Shown here piece by piece: positions 19,628-30,619 of a DNA stretch of 64,000 bases (position 1 is the stretch's first letter; every line of letters starts with the position of its first letter). The DNA comes from Kofleriaceae bacterium (GTDB lineage Bacteria; Myxococcota_A; Polyangia; Haliangiales; Haliangiaceae). The DNA lies in NCBI GenBank assembly GCA_046597055.1, contig JBKJLC010000037.1, positions 1 to 64,000 of the forward strand, given 5' to 3'. A program made the position numbers and the translations under genes. The notes beneath the pieces were generated by a model that did not search any database, was not told the DNA's origin, and worked only from the letters and a program-made list of their open reading frames with translations.

Positions 19628-20068
19628 TCACGGTGCGACGGCCCGCAGGAGATCGAACGTCGTCAGGACTCCAGCCAGACGCTGACCGTCACCGACGAGC
19701 ACGTGATGAATTCCGGCCGTGCGCATGATGTCCGCCACGCGGGAGGCGGGCGTGTCGGGTGAGACCCAGATCGGGTCGCGCGTGGCGACGTCGAGCGCCT
19801 TCAGCGCACCGAGCCGCTCGGGCAACTCCGTGCACCCTGCCGCTCCCCCATCTGATGGACCAGGATCGATCTCGTCGTCGCAGGCCTGATCGACCGCGCG
19901 GAGCAGATCACTGCTGGAGATCACGCCGAGCACCGTTCCGCGATCGTCGACGACGGGAGCGCTGCCGATCCCGGCGACGACAAAGAGGTGTTGAATCTGC
20001 AGGAAGGGCGTGTCGGGCGAGATCGTGACCGCATCGGTCTGCATCAGCTCGCGTGCAAGGATCGACAT
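19628..20068 (-). CDS. CBS-domain protein
   Basis: ARELMQTDAVTISPDT..APVVD..GVISSSDLL; second CBS GVLTTFDLL. Confidence 0.88.
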   Translation of the reverse strand: MSILARELMQTDAVTISPDTPFLQIQHLFVVAGIGSAPVVDDRGTVLGVISSSDLLRAVDQACDDEIDPGPSDGGAAGCTELPERLGALKALDVATRDPIWVSPDTPASRVADIMRTAGIHHVLVGDGQRLAGVLTTFDLLRAVAP

Positions 20069-20219
20069 GAGTGGTTCCTGTGGGGCAGGGGCGGCTGCGC
20101 CCGCGGTGGAAGCAGCGTACGCTGGGGCGCCCGGTCCCCTGCGGACAGCATACCAACCGACGAGCCGAGCGAGCCGGCGGAAAACGACCGCACCTCGGAG
20201 GCGACACGGACGCAGGCCA

Positions 20220-20860
20220 CTGCTGATGGGCTCGAGCGCGTGCTCGTCGCCATCGACCAGTCGGAGGCAGCCCGCGTCGTGATCGACCGTGCCGTCCAGC
20301 TGCCGACCGCGAGCGAAGCCGTGATCACGATCGTGCACCTTATGCGGTGGGGCCTCGGCAATTCATCGGTCGCCCGACGCGCTCCTCGAGCAGCACGCCA
20401 CGACCGCGCTCGCCACGGCCGCAGCGCATGAGGCAAGCGGTCGTAGCGGTTCCCGGCCGAGTGACCAGGATCGAGACCGCGCTGCTGGTGGGCGGGCCCT
20501 TCGTCGAGATCATCCAGAAAGCCCGCGCCGAGGCGGCCGAGCTCGTCGTCGTCGGCCGGCATGGCGAACGCCGGTTCCTGGATGCGCTCATCGGCTCGAC
20601 GGCCGAGTGGGTGTTCCGCAAGGGCACGACGCCGGTGCTCATCGTGGCCCGCACCGCGCTGGGGCCCTACCGTCGAGCCTTGGTCGCGGTCGATGGTTCC
20701 GAGACCTGCCGGCGCGCCCTCGATCTCGCGCTCCGGGTGCTGGCGGCCGACGCGGTCATCGACCTCGTCCACGCCTGGGACCAGCCGGACGACGAACCGG
20801 GCGCGCGCGGCCGTGAACGGGCTCGTGGCCAGCTACCGAGCTCGCGCCGCGCCCTGGACT
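20220..20860 (+). pseudogene. Frameshifted, truncated universal stress protein
   Basis: RVLVAIDQSEAA in one frame; LVVVGRHG..LIGSTAEWV..RRALVAVDGS in another; no start codon, second domain cut. Confidence 0.7.
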
Positions 20861-20990
20861 ATCGTAGTCCGACAATCTCGCCGAGAAGGTCGCCCGGTTC
20901 AATCGGGAGCGTATTTCCGAATTCTACTTTCCGAGCCGTGCCTGCACGGCCGCCGACGGGGCTGAGCGTCGCCGAAGGCGACGAGATCCG

Positions 20991-21005
20991 CGGCACGCGC
21001 CATGC
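20991..21005 (+). promoter_or_regulatory. sigma54-type promoter
   Basis: CGGCAC-GCGCC-ATGC, 14 nt before ATG 21019. Confidence 0.55.
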
Positions 21006-21018
21006 ATCGCGCACCTGC

Positions 21019-21423
21019 ATGCTGATGCCTCCGATTTCCCGTTACATGACCCAGCAACCGTGGACGATTCGCAGGGATGCCAAGATGACGCAGGCGCATC
21101 AGATCATGCGCGAGCACCGCGTCCGGCACCTTCCCGTGCTCGAGGCCGGGAAGCTGGTGGGGATCGTGAGCGAGCGCGACCTGCACCTGATCGAAACCTT
21201 GCCGGATAGTGATCCGGACGAGGTCACCGTCGAAGAGGCGATGAGCCAGGACGTCTACGTCGTGGATCCGGACGATCCGGTGGAGGCCGTCGTCGAGCAG
21301 ATGGCGAGCCGCAAGTACGGCTCCGCGATCGTGATGGACCCCCGTGGGGGCGTCGCGGGGATCTTCACCACCATCGACGCGCTTCAGGTTCTCGCCGACG
21401 TGCTGCGTCGCGCGGCCGCGTGA
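21019..21423 (+). CDS. CBS-domain protein
   Basis: YMTQQP..MREHRVRHLPVL..LVGIVSERDL; GIFTTIDAL. Confidence 0.9.
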   Translation: MLMPPISRYMTQQPWTIRRDAKMTQAHQIMREHRVRHLPVLEAGKLVGIVSERDLHLIETLPDSDPDEVTVEEAMSQDVYVVDPDDPVEAVVEQMASRKYGSAIVMDPRGGVAGIFTTIDALQVLADVLRRAAA

Positions 21424-21460
21424 GCTGCAGCGGCCTCACGTGGTCAGCCCCGGACTCGTC

Positions 21461-21475
21461 GCGCAAGACCTGCGC
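21461..21475. promoter_or_regulatory. GCGCA-N5-TGCGC palindrome
   Basis: GCGCA AGACC TGCGC, intergenic; no clear sigma54 motif left downstream. Confidence 0.55.
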
Positions 21476-21557
21476 CCAGCCCCGTCCCAAGTCCGGCACG
21501 TGGCGGAACTCCCGTACCCGGGCGGTTCCAAGCATCACAACCCACAACCGCCGGTAG

Positions 21558-21670
21558 GTGGTGAACGGCGACGCGCTGGCCAACGTCGTCGATGCGCTGA
21601 AGACCGACGGCTTCGGCGTGCTCACCGAGATCGACGTCCGCGAGACGCTGCAGCAGAAGCTGGGCGTGCT
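21558..21670 (+). pseudogene. DUF302 family fragment
   Basis: VVDALKTDGFGVLTEIDVRETLQQKLGV, then similarity stops. Confidence 0.7.
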
Positions 21671-21710
21671 CTTCGGACTGGCGGCGTCGGGCGACGTCTC
21701 TTGGCCCGTG

Positions 21711-21821
21711 CCGCAGATCGTGCGCGCCTTCCAGGGCTCGCGCAGATTGTGCGGACGTTCGTGGAGCCTACGTGTGGCGCGGCCACACCTTGCCCCTGGG
21801 TGGGACCGGCCCGGTTCGTGC
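21711..21821 (+). promoter_or_regulatory. Two near-consensus palindromes plus sigma54-type promoter of the downstream operon
   Basis: CCGCA-GATCG-TGCGC (21711), GCGCA-GATTG-TGCGG (21740), CGGCCC-GGTTC-GTGC (21807-21821). Confidence 0.55.
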
Positions 21822-21860
21822 TCGTGGGTGCGTCACATGCCCCCTCTCCGAGGAGCCGAT

Positions 21861-22019
21861 ATGGCGCTGCAGATGTGGTTCGTCCAGACCCTGGCCGACG
21901 TGGGTGCCGAGAACAGCGCGACGATCGTGTGCCCGCTCCCGTTCGATCTTCTCGCTTTGCTGCTCAGGTCCGGAGCCGCGACAGCCAGGCCGGACGCTCG
22001 GCTCAAGGCGCTGCCGTGA
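21861..22019 (+). pseudogene. SPFH/stomatin (slipin) gene reduced to start plus C-terminus
   Basis: GAGGAG RBS plus MALQMWFVQTLADVGAENSATIVCPLPFDLL, matching the slipin C-terminal ALQLRYLQTL..N.TIVFPLP motif. Confidence 0.6.
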
Positions 22020-23023
22020 GCTCGGAGCTGTGGGCGATCGTGCTGGCAGCGGGTGACGGCACCCGGCTCGCCCCGCTGACCCGCGCCCTCTACGGACAGG
22101 AGGTCCCCAAGCAGTTCGCCGCGCTCGCGGGCGAGTCGTCGCTGCTCCAGGCCACGATCGAGCGCATCTCGCCGCTGGTGCCGTACCGGCGGATCGTGGT
22201 GGTCGTCGGCGTCGCGCACCAGGCGCGCGCGCGGGCGCAACTGGCGCGGTACCCGGGACTGGACCTAGTGTTCCAGCCGCGCAACCTCGAGACCGCCCCC
22301 GGCATCCTGCTGCCCTTGACCCGGATCCTGGTCCGCGCGCCCGAAGCCCGGGTGGCGATCTTCCCCGCGGATCATCACGTCCCTGATCCGGCGGCGCTGC
22401 TCGATGCGGTCGAGCTCGCCGATAGGACCACCCGCAGGTCGCCGTCGACCATCACCCTGATCGGCGCCGTGCCCGACGCGCCCGAGAGTGAGTACGGGTG
22501 GATCGTGCCCGGGCCCCAGCTCGACCGCGGGCCGATCGGGGTCCGGGCGGTGGCGCAGTTCGTGGAGAAGCCACCGGCGGACGTCGCGCAGCAGCTGATG
22601 GCGCGTGGTGGCCTGTGGAACACGTTCATCTCGATCGGACAGGCCGCCACGTTCTGGGCGCTGGCGAAGCGATTGCTTCCCGTGCACGTCGCGCTGTTCG
22701 AGGAGTACGCCGCGTGGTTCGGTGCGACCGGTGACGACCCTGGCGCGGGGGAACGGTTGCACGAGCTCTACGCAAAGATGCCGCCGGCCAGCTTCAGTCG
22801 GGCGGTTCTCGAGCATGCGGGCAACCTCGCGGTGGTGCCGATGGCGGCGTCGGGGTGGTGCGACTGGGGATCTCCGGAGCGGGTGTTCCAGAGCCTGCAC
22901 GGCACACCTGCAGTGGACCGCCTCCTCCAGCGCATCGCCGACCAGGCAGGGTGGTTGCTCGTGCGTGGCGCCGCGGAGGTCGATGGCACGACCCATGGTC
23001 CCACGACCCAGGTGACCCCATGA
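22016..23023 (+). CDS. Mannose-1-phosphate guanylyltransferase-like nucleotidyltransferase
   Basis: WAIVLAAGDGTRL.PL, PKQF, QPRNLETAPG, FPADH, EYGWI, FVEKP, LWNTF, GWCDWG. Confidence 0.88.
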   Translation: MSSELWAIVLAAGDGTRLAPLTRALYGQEVPKQFAALAGESSLLQATIERISPLVPYRRIVVVVGVAHQARARAQLARYPGLDLVFQPRNLETAPGILLPLTRILVRAPEARVAIFPADHHVPDPAALLDAVELADRTTRRSPSTITLIGAVPDAPESEYGWIVPGPQLDRGPIGVRAVAQFVEKPPADVAQQLMARGGLWNTFISIGQAATFWALAKRLLPVHVALFEEYAAWFGATGDDPGAGERLHELYAKMPPASFSRAVLEHAGNLAVVPMAASGWCDWGSPERVFQSLHGTPAVDRLLQRIADQAGWLLVRGAAEVDGTTHGPTTQVTP

Positions 23024-23235
23024 TCTCCCCCCTGTACACGCGCCGGTTCGATGAGCGCGGCCTCGACGAGGTCGCCCTCGTCGGCGGCAAGACCGCCTCG
23101 CTGGGTGAGATGTTTCGCGTCCTGGTTCCCCTCTGCGTGCCGATGCCCGATGGCACCCGCGTCCACGTGGCGGAGGTCGAGCGCAGGATGGCACTGGAGC
23201 TGGCCCCCCGACCCCAACAGGAGCACACGCGATGA
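23020..23235 (+). pseudogene. ppsA: PEP synthase gene with a large internal deletion
   Basis: GLDEVALVGGKTASLGEM....P..V..PDG (PpsA N-terminus) joined to a short TRVHVAEVERR tail. Confidence 0.7.
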
Positions 23236-24545
23236 CGATCGTCTGCGGAACCGACTTCTCCGATGATGCGTTCCAGGCCTCAGAGATCGCCGCGGCGCTC
23301 GCGCGCAAGCTGCGGGTGCCGCTCAAGCTGGTCCACGTCATCGACGAGCTGGGCGTCGAGGTCGCGGTGGCGAGCGATGGTGACGCCGTCTACGACCCGC
23401 TCCGGGCCCGGCTGCGCGCGCGGGCGGCGCACCTGCGCGATGTCTTCGGCATCGACGTGGAGCCCGTCGTCGTGCCCGGCCTCGTCGTGGACAAGCTCGC
23501 CGAGCTCGCCGAGCTCGCCCACGCCAGCGTGCTGATCGTGGGAGCGGGCGGGCGCGAGCGGCGAAACCGCTGGCTGCTCGGCAGCGTGGCCGAGCGAGTC
23601 GCGCAGACCGCGCGCGTGCCGGTGCTGGTCATCCGGGACGGTGCGGCCATCGGCGCCTGGGCGCGCGAAGAGCGCCCGCTCCGCGTCCTGGTGGGCGTCG
23701 AGCCGACCGCGACCGCCCGCGCGGCGCTGCGCTGGGCGGCCGGCCTCCGGCAGATTGCCGCGTGCGACCTGACGGTCACCCAGGTGGCCTGGCCGCTCGG
23801 CGAGCACCAGCGCCTGGGCATCCCGGCGCCGATGCCGCTCGATCGCCTGCGCCCCGAAATCGAAGAACCGCTGCTGCGCGATCTCGAGCGCTGGGCGGGC
23901 GTGCTGCCCGGACCCGGCGAGACTTCCTTCGTCGTCCGCCCCGGCTGGGGCCGCGTCGACTCCCACCTGTCGCAGCTCGCCACGGAATTCGATGCGGACC
24001 TGATCGTCGTCGGGACCCACCAGCGCTCCGGCGTCGCGCGGCTGTGGCAAGGCTCGGTCTCGCGCGGGGTCCTCCATGGCGCTTCGATGACCGTCGCGTG
24101 TGTCCCTCGCGACGAGACCGTCGCGGAGGAGGCCTCGTTGCCGCAGTTTCGCCGCGTCCTAGCCCCGACCGACTTCTCGCCGATAGCCAACCGCGCGATC
24201 CGGTTCGCCTACGGCCTGGTGGGGCGAGGGGGGACCGTCCACCTGCTCCACGTCGTGACCCGGGAGGTGGGCGAGGACGATCCGGACCCGCAGGCGCGGC
24301 TGCGGGCGCTCGTTCCGGCGAGCGCCGCGGAGCGCGGCATCGAGACCACCGTCGAGGTCGTGACCGTGAAGGACGCTGGCGACGCCATCTGGCAAGCGGC
24401 TGGGCGGCTCGGCGTCGACGCCATCTGCATGGCCACCCACGGCCGTACGGGCGTCGCCCGGCTGGTCCTGGGATCTCAGGCCCAGGAGGTGGTGCAGCAC
24501 AGCCGCCAGCCGGTGGTGCTGGTGCCCGCGGAGCGCGACGCGTGA
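23232..24545 (+). CDS. Universal stress protein, three USP domains
   Basis: IVCGTDFS, LLGSVAERV, VLAPTDFS, MATHGRTGVARLVLGS. Confidence 0.93.
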   Translation: MTIVCGTDFSDDAFQASEIAAALARKLRVPLKLVHVIDELGVEVAVASDGDAVYDPLRARLRARAAHLRDVFGIDVEPVVVPGLVVDKLAELAELAHASVLIVGAGGRERRNRWLLGSVAERVAQTARVPVLVIRDGAAIGAWAREERPLRVLVGVEPTATARAALRWAAGLRQIAACDLTVTQVAWPLGEHQRLGIPAPMPLDRLRPEIEEPLLRDLERWAGVLPGPGETSFVVRPGWGRVDSHLSQLATEFDADLIVVGTHQRSGVARLWQGSVSRGVLHGASMTVACVPRDETVAEEASLPQFRRVLAPTDFSPIANRAIRFAYGLVGRGGTVHLLHVVTREVGEDDPDPQARLRALVPASAAERGIETTVEVVTVKDAGDAIWQAAGRLGVDAICMATHGRTGVARLVLGSQAQEVVQHSRQPVVLVPAERDA

Positions 24546-25705
24546 GGGAGACGCCTGCCCAGCAGCGGCCGATCCCGTGGTCATGGCGGCTGGGGCGCGT
24601 CTTCGGCATCGACGTCTTCGTCCATGCGACCTTCGTCCTCCTGCTCACGTGGATCGCCTGGGGCTACTACGCGCGCACCGGCGAGCTGGGCGCGGTGGTC
24701 CTCGGCGTCGGGTTCATCCTGGCGGTCTTCGGCGTCGTGGTCCTCCACGAGCTCGGGCACGCGCTGACCGCGAGGCGGTTCGGCATCCGGACCCGAGACA
24801 TCACGCTGCTTCCCATCGGCGGAGTCGCCCGCCTCGAGCGGATGCCCGAGAACCCCCGGCACGAGCTCCTGGTCGCGCTCGCCGGTCCCGCCGTCAACGT
24901 CGCGATCGCGGGCGCGCTCTATGTCGGGTTGCGCGCGACTGGCTCGACGGTCGCCCTCGATGATCCGAGTTTGTTCGGCAGCGGCCCGTTCCTGACCCGG
25001 CTGCTCTGGGTCAACGTCATGCTCGCGGGCTTCAACCTTTTGCCCGCGTTTCCGATGGATGGCGGGCGCGCCTTGCGCGCGCTCCTCGCCATGCGCGGGG
25101 ACTACGTGGCCGCGACCCTGACCGCGGCGCGCCTCGGTCAGGCGATCGCGGTCATGCTAGGGATCGTCGGGCTGCTGGGGAACCCGCTGCTGGTCCTCAT
25201 CGCGGTGTTCGTCTGGATCGGGGCCGCGGCCGAGGCGTCCGCGGTCGAGACCAAGGCGACGCTCGAGGGGATTCCTGTCCAGGCGGCGATGATCACAGAC
25301 TTCCGCGCGCTGACCGAGCTCGACACGCTGGCGACCGCGGCACAGATGCTCCTCGCCGGATCGCAGATTGACTTCCCCGTGCTCGACCCGGCCGGCGAGT
25401 TGATCGGCGTGCTGACTCGCACGGACCTGGTCCGTGGACTCACCGAGCATGGTGCGGACGCCGCGGTCGCGACCCTGATGGCGAGGCACGTCGCAACCGC
25501 CGAGCCAGACGAGCTGCTCAGCGGGGCGCTCACCCGCATGCGGCAGAGCGAGCACAGCCTCATGCCTAGCCTCATGCCAGTGGTCCGCGGCGGCCGGGTG
25601 ATCGGGATCGTCACGCTGGAGAATATCGCCGAGTTGATGATGGTCAATGGGGCGCTACGGACCTCGCCGCGCGCCGATCGGCCGCGCGGGCGGACGAGGA
25701 CGTGA
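24542..25705 (+). CDS. Site-2 (M50) metalloprotease with CBS domains
   Basis: LHELGH, LLPIGGVA, ALAGPAVN, FNLLPAFPMDGGR; C-terminal CBS pair. Confidence 0.93.
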   Translation: MRETPAQQRPIPWSWRLGRVFGIDVFVHATFVLLLTWIAWGYYARTGELGAVVLGVGFILAVFGVVVLHELGHALTARRFGIRTRDITLLPIGGVARLERMPENPRHELLVALAGPAVNVAIAGALYVGLRATGSTVALDDPSLFGSGPFLTRLLWVNVMLAGFNLLPAFPMDGGRALRALLAMRGDYVAATLTAARLGQAIAVMLGIVGLLGNPLLVLIAVFVWIGAAAEASAVETKATLEGIPVQAAMITDFRALTELDTLATAAQMLLAGSQIDFPVLDPAGELIGVLTRTDLVRGLTEHGADAAVATLMARHVATAEPDELLSGALTRMRQSEHSLMPSLMPVVRGGRVIGIVTLENIAELMMVNGALRTSPRADRPRGRTRT

Positions 25706-25724
25706 ACGTGCTCCGTGAGTCCAC

Positions 25725-26747
25725 ATGAAGATCGCGATGTACAGCACGAAGGCCCACGACCGCCGGTTCTTCGAGATCGCCAACTCGTCACACCAACACG
25801 GGCTCGTGTTCCTCGAGCCACGGTTGAGCGTCGAGACCGCGCCGCTGGCTGCCGGGTTCGAGGCGGTGTGCGCCTTCGTCAACGACTCGCTCGACGCGAC
25901 GGTCCTGGGTGTACTCGCGCGGGGCGGCACGACGCTGATCGCGCTGCGCTCAGCGGGCTACAACCACATCGATCTGCGGGCGGCCGCAGCGCTCGGCATG
26001 AGGGTCGTTCGCGTGCCCGCCTATTCGCCTTATGCGGTGGCCGAGCATGCGGTCGGCATGATCTTGACGCTCAACCGCAAGCTGCATCGGGCCTACAACC
26101 GCGTGCGCGAGGGGAACTTCGCGCTCGATGGGCTGTTGGGCTTCGACGTGCATGGCAAGACCGTCGGCATCGTTGGGACCGGCGCGATCGGCGGTGTCTT
26201 CGTCAGGATCATGAGCGGGTTCGGTTGCGAGCTGCTGGCCTTCGACCCAAAGCCAAACCTGGCGTTGGAGTCGCTCGGCGTCCGGTACACCACGCTCGAG
26301 GAGCTGCTGCGGCGTGCCGACATCGTCAGCCTGCACTGCCCGCTCACCCCAAAGACCCACCACTTGATCGACGCCGAAACGCTCGGGTTGATGAAGCCCG
26401 GCATGATGCTGATCAACACCAGTCGTGGAGCGTTGGTTGACACCCGGGCGGTGATCGAGGCGCTCAAGACCGGCCAGATCGGGCTGCTCGGCCTGGACGT
26501 GTACGAGGAAGAGGCCGATCTGTTCTTCGAGAATCTCTCCGATCAGGTGATCCAGGACGACGTGTTCAGTCGGCTCTTGACCTTCCCCAACGTGCTGATC
26601 ACCGGTCATCAGGGCTTTTACACGGCCGAGGCACTGGCGAACATCGCCGAGACGACGCTCACCAATGTCAGCAGTGTTGCAAGGGGGCGAGGCGCGCTGC
26701 ACGAGGTCACGCTCCAGCGGAACCCAGGCAGTTCCTCCGAGGCATGA
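25725..26747 (+). CDS. ldhA: NAD-dependent D-lactate dehydrogenase
   Basis: [52 protein letters not shown]. Confidence 0.92.
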   Translation: MKIAMYSTKAHDRRFFEIANSSHQHGLVFLEPRLSVETAPLAAGFEAVCAFVNDSLDATVLGVLARGGTTLIALRSAGYNHIDLRAAAALGMRVVRVPAYSPYAVAEHAVGMILTLNRKLHRAYNRVREGNFALDGLLGFDVHGKTVGIVGTGAIGGVFVRIMSGFGCELLAFDPKPNLALESLGVRYTTLEELLRRADIVSLHCPLTPKTHHLIDAETLGLMKPGMMLINTSRGALVDTRAVIEALKTGQIGLLGLDVYEEEADLFFENLSDQVIQDDVFSRLLTFPNVLITGHQGFYTAEALANIAETTLTNVSSVARGRGALHEVTLQRNPGSSSEA

Positions 26748-26982
26748 TGAGCTCAGTCCGAAGGACCCTTCGTCGGGGATGCGTCGGCTGCGTCGGGTGG
26801 TTCCGGAGGGGTGACCGCCGGGACGGCGCTGGTGACCGCGCGCGAGGAACGCGAGCGGGCGGCGAGGCGCAGAACCAGCGGGCCCAGGCGCAAACGTGCG
26901 GGCTGTGGGAACTGGTCTCGCGCCACGCCAGGGAAGTGGGATTTACATCCTCGCTTGCGGCATGGTTCACCCGAACGACCCC

Positions 26983-27558
26983 ATGACAACTCACCCGCGC
27001 TACCGTGTCGAGAACGACGAACACTGCATCGACGTGCGGCTCGCCACGCTCGACCAGCTCTTCGACAACCGAGATCCCGCGCCGTTTCGGGAGCGAGACC
27101 TCGATCCTGCGCTCGTCGAGTACCTGGTCGCCGCCGCCGAGGATCTCTCACCCCATGGGCCGTTCCGGGTGAGCTTCTGGTTCACGACACCGGTGACGAT
27201 CGAGCGGGTCGAAGGGGCCTACCGTGCCCACTTCGAGTACGAGCTCCAACGGGCCGACCGATGCCGCACGCGAGAACGCCGCACGGGTCAGCTCTCGTTC
27301 CTGATCGGGGTGATCCTGCTTGCCGTGCTGGTCTCGCTCGCGCAACTCGCGACACCAGTTCCACGCATCGGGCCGGCGCTCAAGGAGGGCCTCACGATCT
27401 CGAGCTGGGTCGTGATGTGGCGGCCGATCCAGACGTTGATCTACGACTGGATCCCATCACGCCGCCACCGCAAGCTCATGACCCGCTTGCTCGTGGCGCC
27501 GGTCGGGGTTCGTGAGGGCTGTCCACCCGGGACCGTGACGAAGCTCGAGGCGGCATGA
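26983..27558 (+). CDS. Hypothetical membrane protein
   Basis: QLFDNRDPAPFRERDLDP; EGLTISSWVVMWRP; two TM helices. Confidence 0.75.
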   Translation: MTTHPRYRVENDEHCIDVRLATLDQLFDNRDPAPFRERDLDPALVEYLVAAAEDLSPHGPFRVSFWFTTPVTIERVEGAYRAHFEYELQRADRCRTRERRTGQLSFLIGVILLAVLVSLAQLATPVPRIGPALKEGLTISSWVVMWRPIQTLIYDWIPSRRHRKLMTRLLVAPVGVREGCPPGTVTKLEAA

Positions 27559-27673
27559 CTGGGGTGGCACCCTGGGCGCGTGCCTCGCGCGCGATCACCA
27601 GCGACTCCCCCACGGACCAAATGATTTGGCCGACGGTTGCGTTCGCTGCACCCGATGCCGAGGATGTTCGAGC

Positions 27674-30184
27674 ATGAGCAGCCCAGCCGTACCGGAGCAA
27701 GGGCTTGAGGAGACCGAGGCTCGGCGTCGGTTGCTCGAGCACGGTCCGAACGCGCTTCCCGAGACCGCCGCCGTGCCGTTGTGGCGCCGCTTCTTGCGGC
27801 AGTTCAAGAGCGCGCTCATCTACGTCCTGCTCTTCGCCCTGGCGTTCGACCTGGGCGTGTGGGTCCACGAGGGCGCCCCCGGGGTACCCTTCGAGGCGCT
27901 GCTGATCGCGCTGGTGCTGCTGCTCAACTCGGGCCTGGGCACCTTCCAGGAGTATCGCTCCGAGCAGGCCATCGCCCGGCTGGCGAAGCTTTCCGCACCG
28001 CTGGTCTGGGTGCTGCGCGACGGCCGGCTGGTCCATCGCCCGACGGCGGACCTGGTGCCGGGCGACGCGGTCCGGGTGGAGGCCGGCGATCGACTCGCGG
28101 CCGACGGCACGCTCGTCGAAGCGCATGGGTTCATGGTCGACGAGTCGGTGTTGACCGGCGAGTCCGTGCCGGTCGAAAAGCAGGACGGAGACGACGCGCT
28201 GAGCGGCACGCTCGCGGTGAGGGGCAAGGCGTTCCTCCAGGTCAACCGGACCGGCGCGCGCAGCAACATGGGCAAGCTGGCCACGATGCTGGGCCGGATC
28301 CAGACTGACAAGACACCGCTCGAGCGCCGCATGGACGCCTTGGGCCACCAGATCGCGCGCTGGGTGGGCGCGCTCTCGGCGGTCCTGCTGGTCGGTGGGA
28401 TAGCTACCCAGGGCCTCGGGCGCATCGACGAGATCCTGCTCTTCACGGTGGCGCTGGCGGTCGCTGCGGTCCCGGAGGGGATGCCCGCCATCGTCACGCT
28501 GACCCTCAGCATGGGGGTCCAGCGGATGGCCCGCCGGAACGCGATGGTCCGCCGGCTGGCCGCCGTCGAGGCGCTGGGCTCGGTCACGGTCATCGCCACC
28601 GACAAGACCGGCACCCTGACCGAGAACCACATGACCGTGGCGGGCCTCGACAGCGATGACGCCGCGGAGGCGATCGCGGCCATGGTGATCGCCAGCGACG
28701 CGGACACCGACGGCGCGGCCGGCGATCCCCTGGAGCTCGGCATGCTCGCGTACGCGCGTGCGCAGGGCGTGGATCCTGCCGACCTCCGGCTCCAGCGGCC
28801 ACGACGGTCCGCGCGACCGTTCGACAGCGCGTGGAAGTTCATGCGCGTCACCGTCGAGCACGATGGACGGCGGATCAGCTACCTCAAGGGCGCCTCCGAG
28901 GTCGTCCTCGCCCGTGCGACGCTCACCACCGAGGAGCGGGATCGCTGGTCGCGACGCACGGAGGAGGAGGCCGCGCGAGGCCACCGGGTGCTCGGGCTGG
29001 CGGTCGGCGACGAGGAAAGCGAGGAGGGGCTGCGGTTCCTTGGCCTGGTCATGCTCTGGGATCCGCCGCGTCCCGAGGTCCCCGCCGCGGTGCGCGCGGT
29101 CCAGGATGCCGGCGTGCGTGTCCTGATGATCACCGGCGATCACCCGTCCACCGCGCAGGCGATCGCGACCAAGGTCGGCATCGATGGCGCTGCCGCGGGC
29201 GTGCTCACTGGCGCCGACCTCGACCGGCTCACGCCCGAGGAGCGCCGCGCCGCGATTCGACGCATCAGCGTGTTCGCGCGGGTGACGCCCGAGCACAAGC
29301 TGGCGATCGTCGACGCGCTCAAGGCCGATGGCGAGGTGGTCGCGGTGACCGGCGATGGCGTCAACGATGCGCCCGCGCTCAAGCGGGCCGACGTCGGCGT
29401 GGCGATGGGGCAGCGCGGCTCCGACGTCGCGCGCGAGGTCGCGGATCTGGTGCTTCTCGACGACAACTTCGCGTCGATCGTGGGTGCGATCGAGGAGGGC
29501 AGGGGGATTTACGCCAACATCCAGAAGGTCATCCGTTTCTTGTTCTCCACCAACGTTGCGCTGGTGCTGCTGGTGGTCGCTGGCGCGGCGGGCTCGGTCG
29601 CACTCGGCCTGCGGACAGACGAGGGCGCCCTGCTGCTGCCGCTGACCGCGGTCCAGTTGCTGTGGATCAACTTCCTCGCCGACGGCCCGCCGGCGCTGGC
29701 GCTCGGCATCGATCGCAGCCACGGGCTCCTGAGCCAGGCGCCGCGACCGCGAGACAGCGCGCTCCTCGACGGGCCGGCCCTGCGCTTCGTCCTCATTACC
29801 GGCGCCTTCAAGGCCGCACTCGGCGCGGCCTTGCTGGTCGGGTTGCCGTGGGCCGGCTACGGTGTGGTGGCGACGATCACGGCGGTGTTTCTCTACGAGT
29901 CGATCGCTCAGCTCTTGTTCGCGTTCCCGGCACGCCGGCTCGGGGCGCCGCCGCTGCACAACCTGGCCCTGTACGTATCGATCATCCTCGGGACCCTGCT
30001 CCAGATCGCCACGATCGCGATCCCGGGATTGCGGCGCGCGCTGGGGCTGGTGCCGCTCGATGTCGCGGCGCTCGCGGCGGTTGGGGGCGCGATCGTCGCC
30101 ACGTGGGTTGTCGCCGAGGCGACCAACCATTTGCTGCGACAGCGTACGGCGGCGGCCCCGACAACGAGGCACGTATCGGCATGA
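27674..30184 (+). CDS. Type II cation-transporting P-type ATPase (Ca2+/CtpF-like)
   Basis: [42 protein letters not shown]. Confidence 0.95.
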   Translation: MSSPAVPEQGLEETEARRRLLEHGPNALPETAAVPLWRRFLRQFKSALIYVLLFALAFDLGVWVHEGAPGVPFEALLIALVLLLNSGLGTFQEYRSEQAIARLAKLSAPLVWVLRDGRLVHRPTADLVPGDAVRVEAGDRLAADGTLVEAHGFMVDESVLTGESVPVEKQDGDDALSGTLAVRGKAFLQVNRTGARSNMGKLATMLGRIQTDKTPLERRMDALGHQIARWVGALSAVLLVGGIATQGLGRIDEILLFTVALAVAAVPEGMPAIVTLTLSMGVQRMARRNAMVRRLAAVEALGSVTVIATDKTGTLTENHMTVAGLDSDDAAEAIAAMVIASDADTDGAAGDPLELGMLAYARAQGVDPADLRLQRPRRSARPFDSAWKFMRVTVEHDGRRISYLKGASEVVLARATLTTEERDRWSRRTEEEAARGHRVLGLAVGDEESEEGLRFLGLVMLWDPPRPEVPAAVRAVQDAGVRVLMITGDHPSTAQAIATKVGIDGAAAGVLTGADLDRLTPEERRAAIRRISVFARVTPEHKLAIVDALKADGEVVAVTGDGVNDAPALKRADVGVAMGQRGSDVAREVADLVLLDDNFASIVGAIEEGRGIYANIQKVIRFLFSTNVALVLLVVAGAAGSVALGLRTDEGALLLPLTAVQLLWINFLADGPPALALGIDRSHGLLSQAPRPRDSALLDGPALRFVLITGAFKAALGAALLVGLPWAGYGVVATITAVFLYESIAQLLFAFPARRLGAPPLHNLALYVSIILGTLLQIATIAIPGLRRALGLVPLDVAALAAVGGAIVATWVVAEATNHLLRQRTAAAPTTRHVSA

Positions 30185-30330
30185 CCCTCGCGGTGGTGCT
30201 CGCGGTCTTCGCCGCCGCCGGCTTGATGCTGATGACTGGTCGTCGTCGGCAACGCGCTGGCGCGTGCCGCCGACGCGATCGCAGAGACGACCGGCATCGG
30301 CCGGGTGTGGATCAGGATCGTGGTACGGGC
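30181..30330 (+). pseudogene. Sodium:calcium antiporter (CaCA) N-terminal fragment, frameshifted
   Basis: [15 protein letters not shown] then shifted-frame GNALARAADAIAETTGIGRVWI; ATGA overlap with the ATPase stop. Confidence 0.6.
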
Positions 30331-30619
30331 CGATCCGGGACCCGTGTGGCTGCCCGCCGAGCGTGACCTGCGGCGGGTGAGGCTCGGGTGCGGCGGACGA
30401 GGCGATGTACGGTCGGGCCGTGCGCGACACCGACCCTGCCGATCTACGTGGTCGGCCTCGGGCCAACCGGCGCCAACCCGTGGCGACCGTCGACACGCGC
30501 ATGGTGTCGCAGCCGCCACGAGCCGAAAGCGGCCGCGTGAGCCAGCTCCTGCCATGGTCCGGCTGTGCTGCCTCCGCGCCTGGTACCGTCGCCCACGAAA
30601 TGGTCGGAGCCCCACGACG

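Noticed and set aside
26888..26901. GCGCAAACGTGCGG as a regulon palindrome
   Set aside because: Spacer of 4 and a mismatched arm
27626..27640. TGGCCGACGGTTGC as a sigma54 promoter for the P-type ATPase
   Set aside because: GG to GC spacing is 9, not 10
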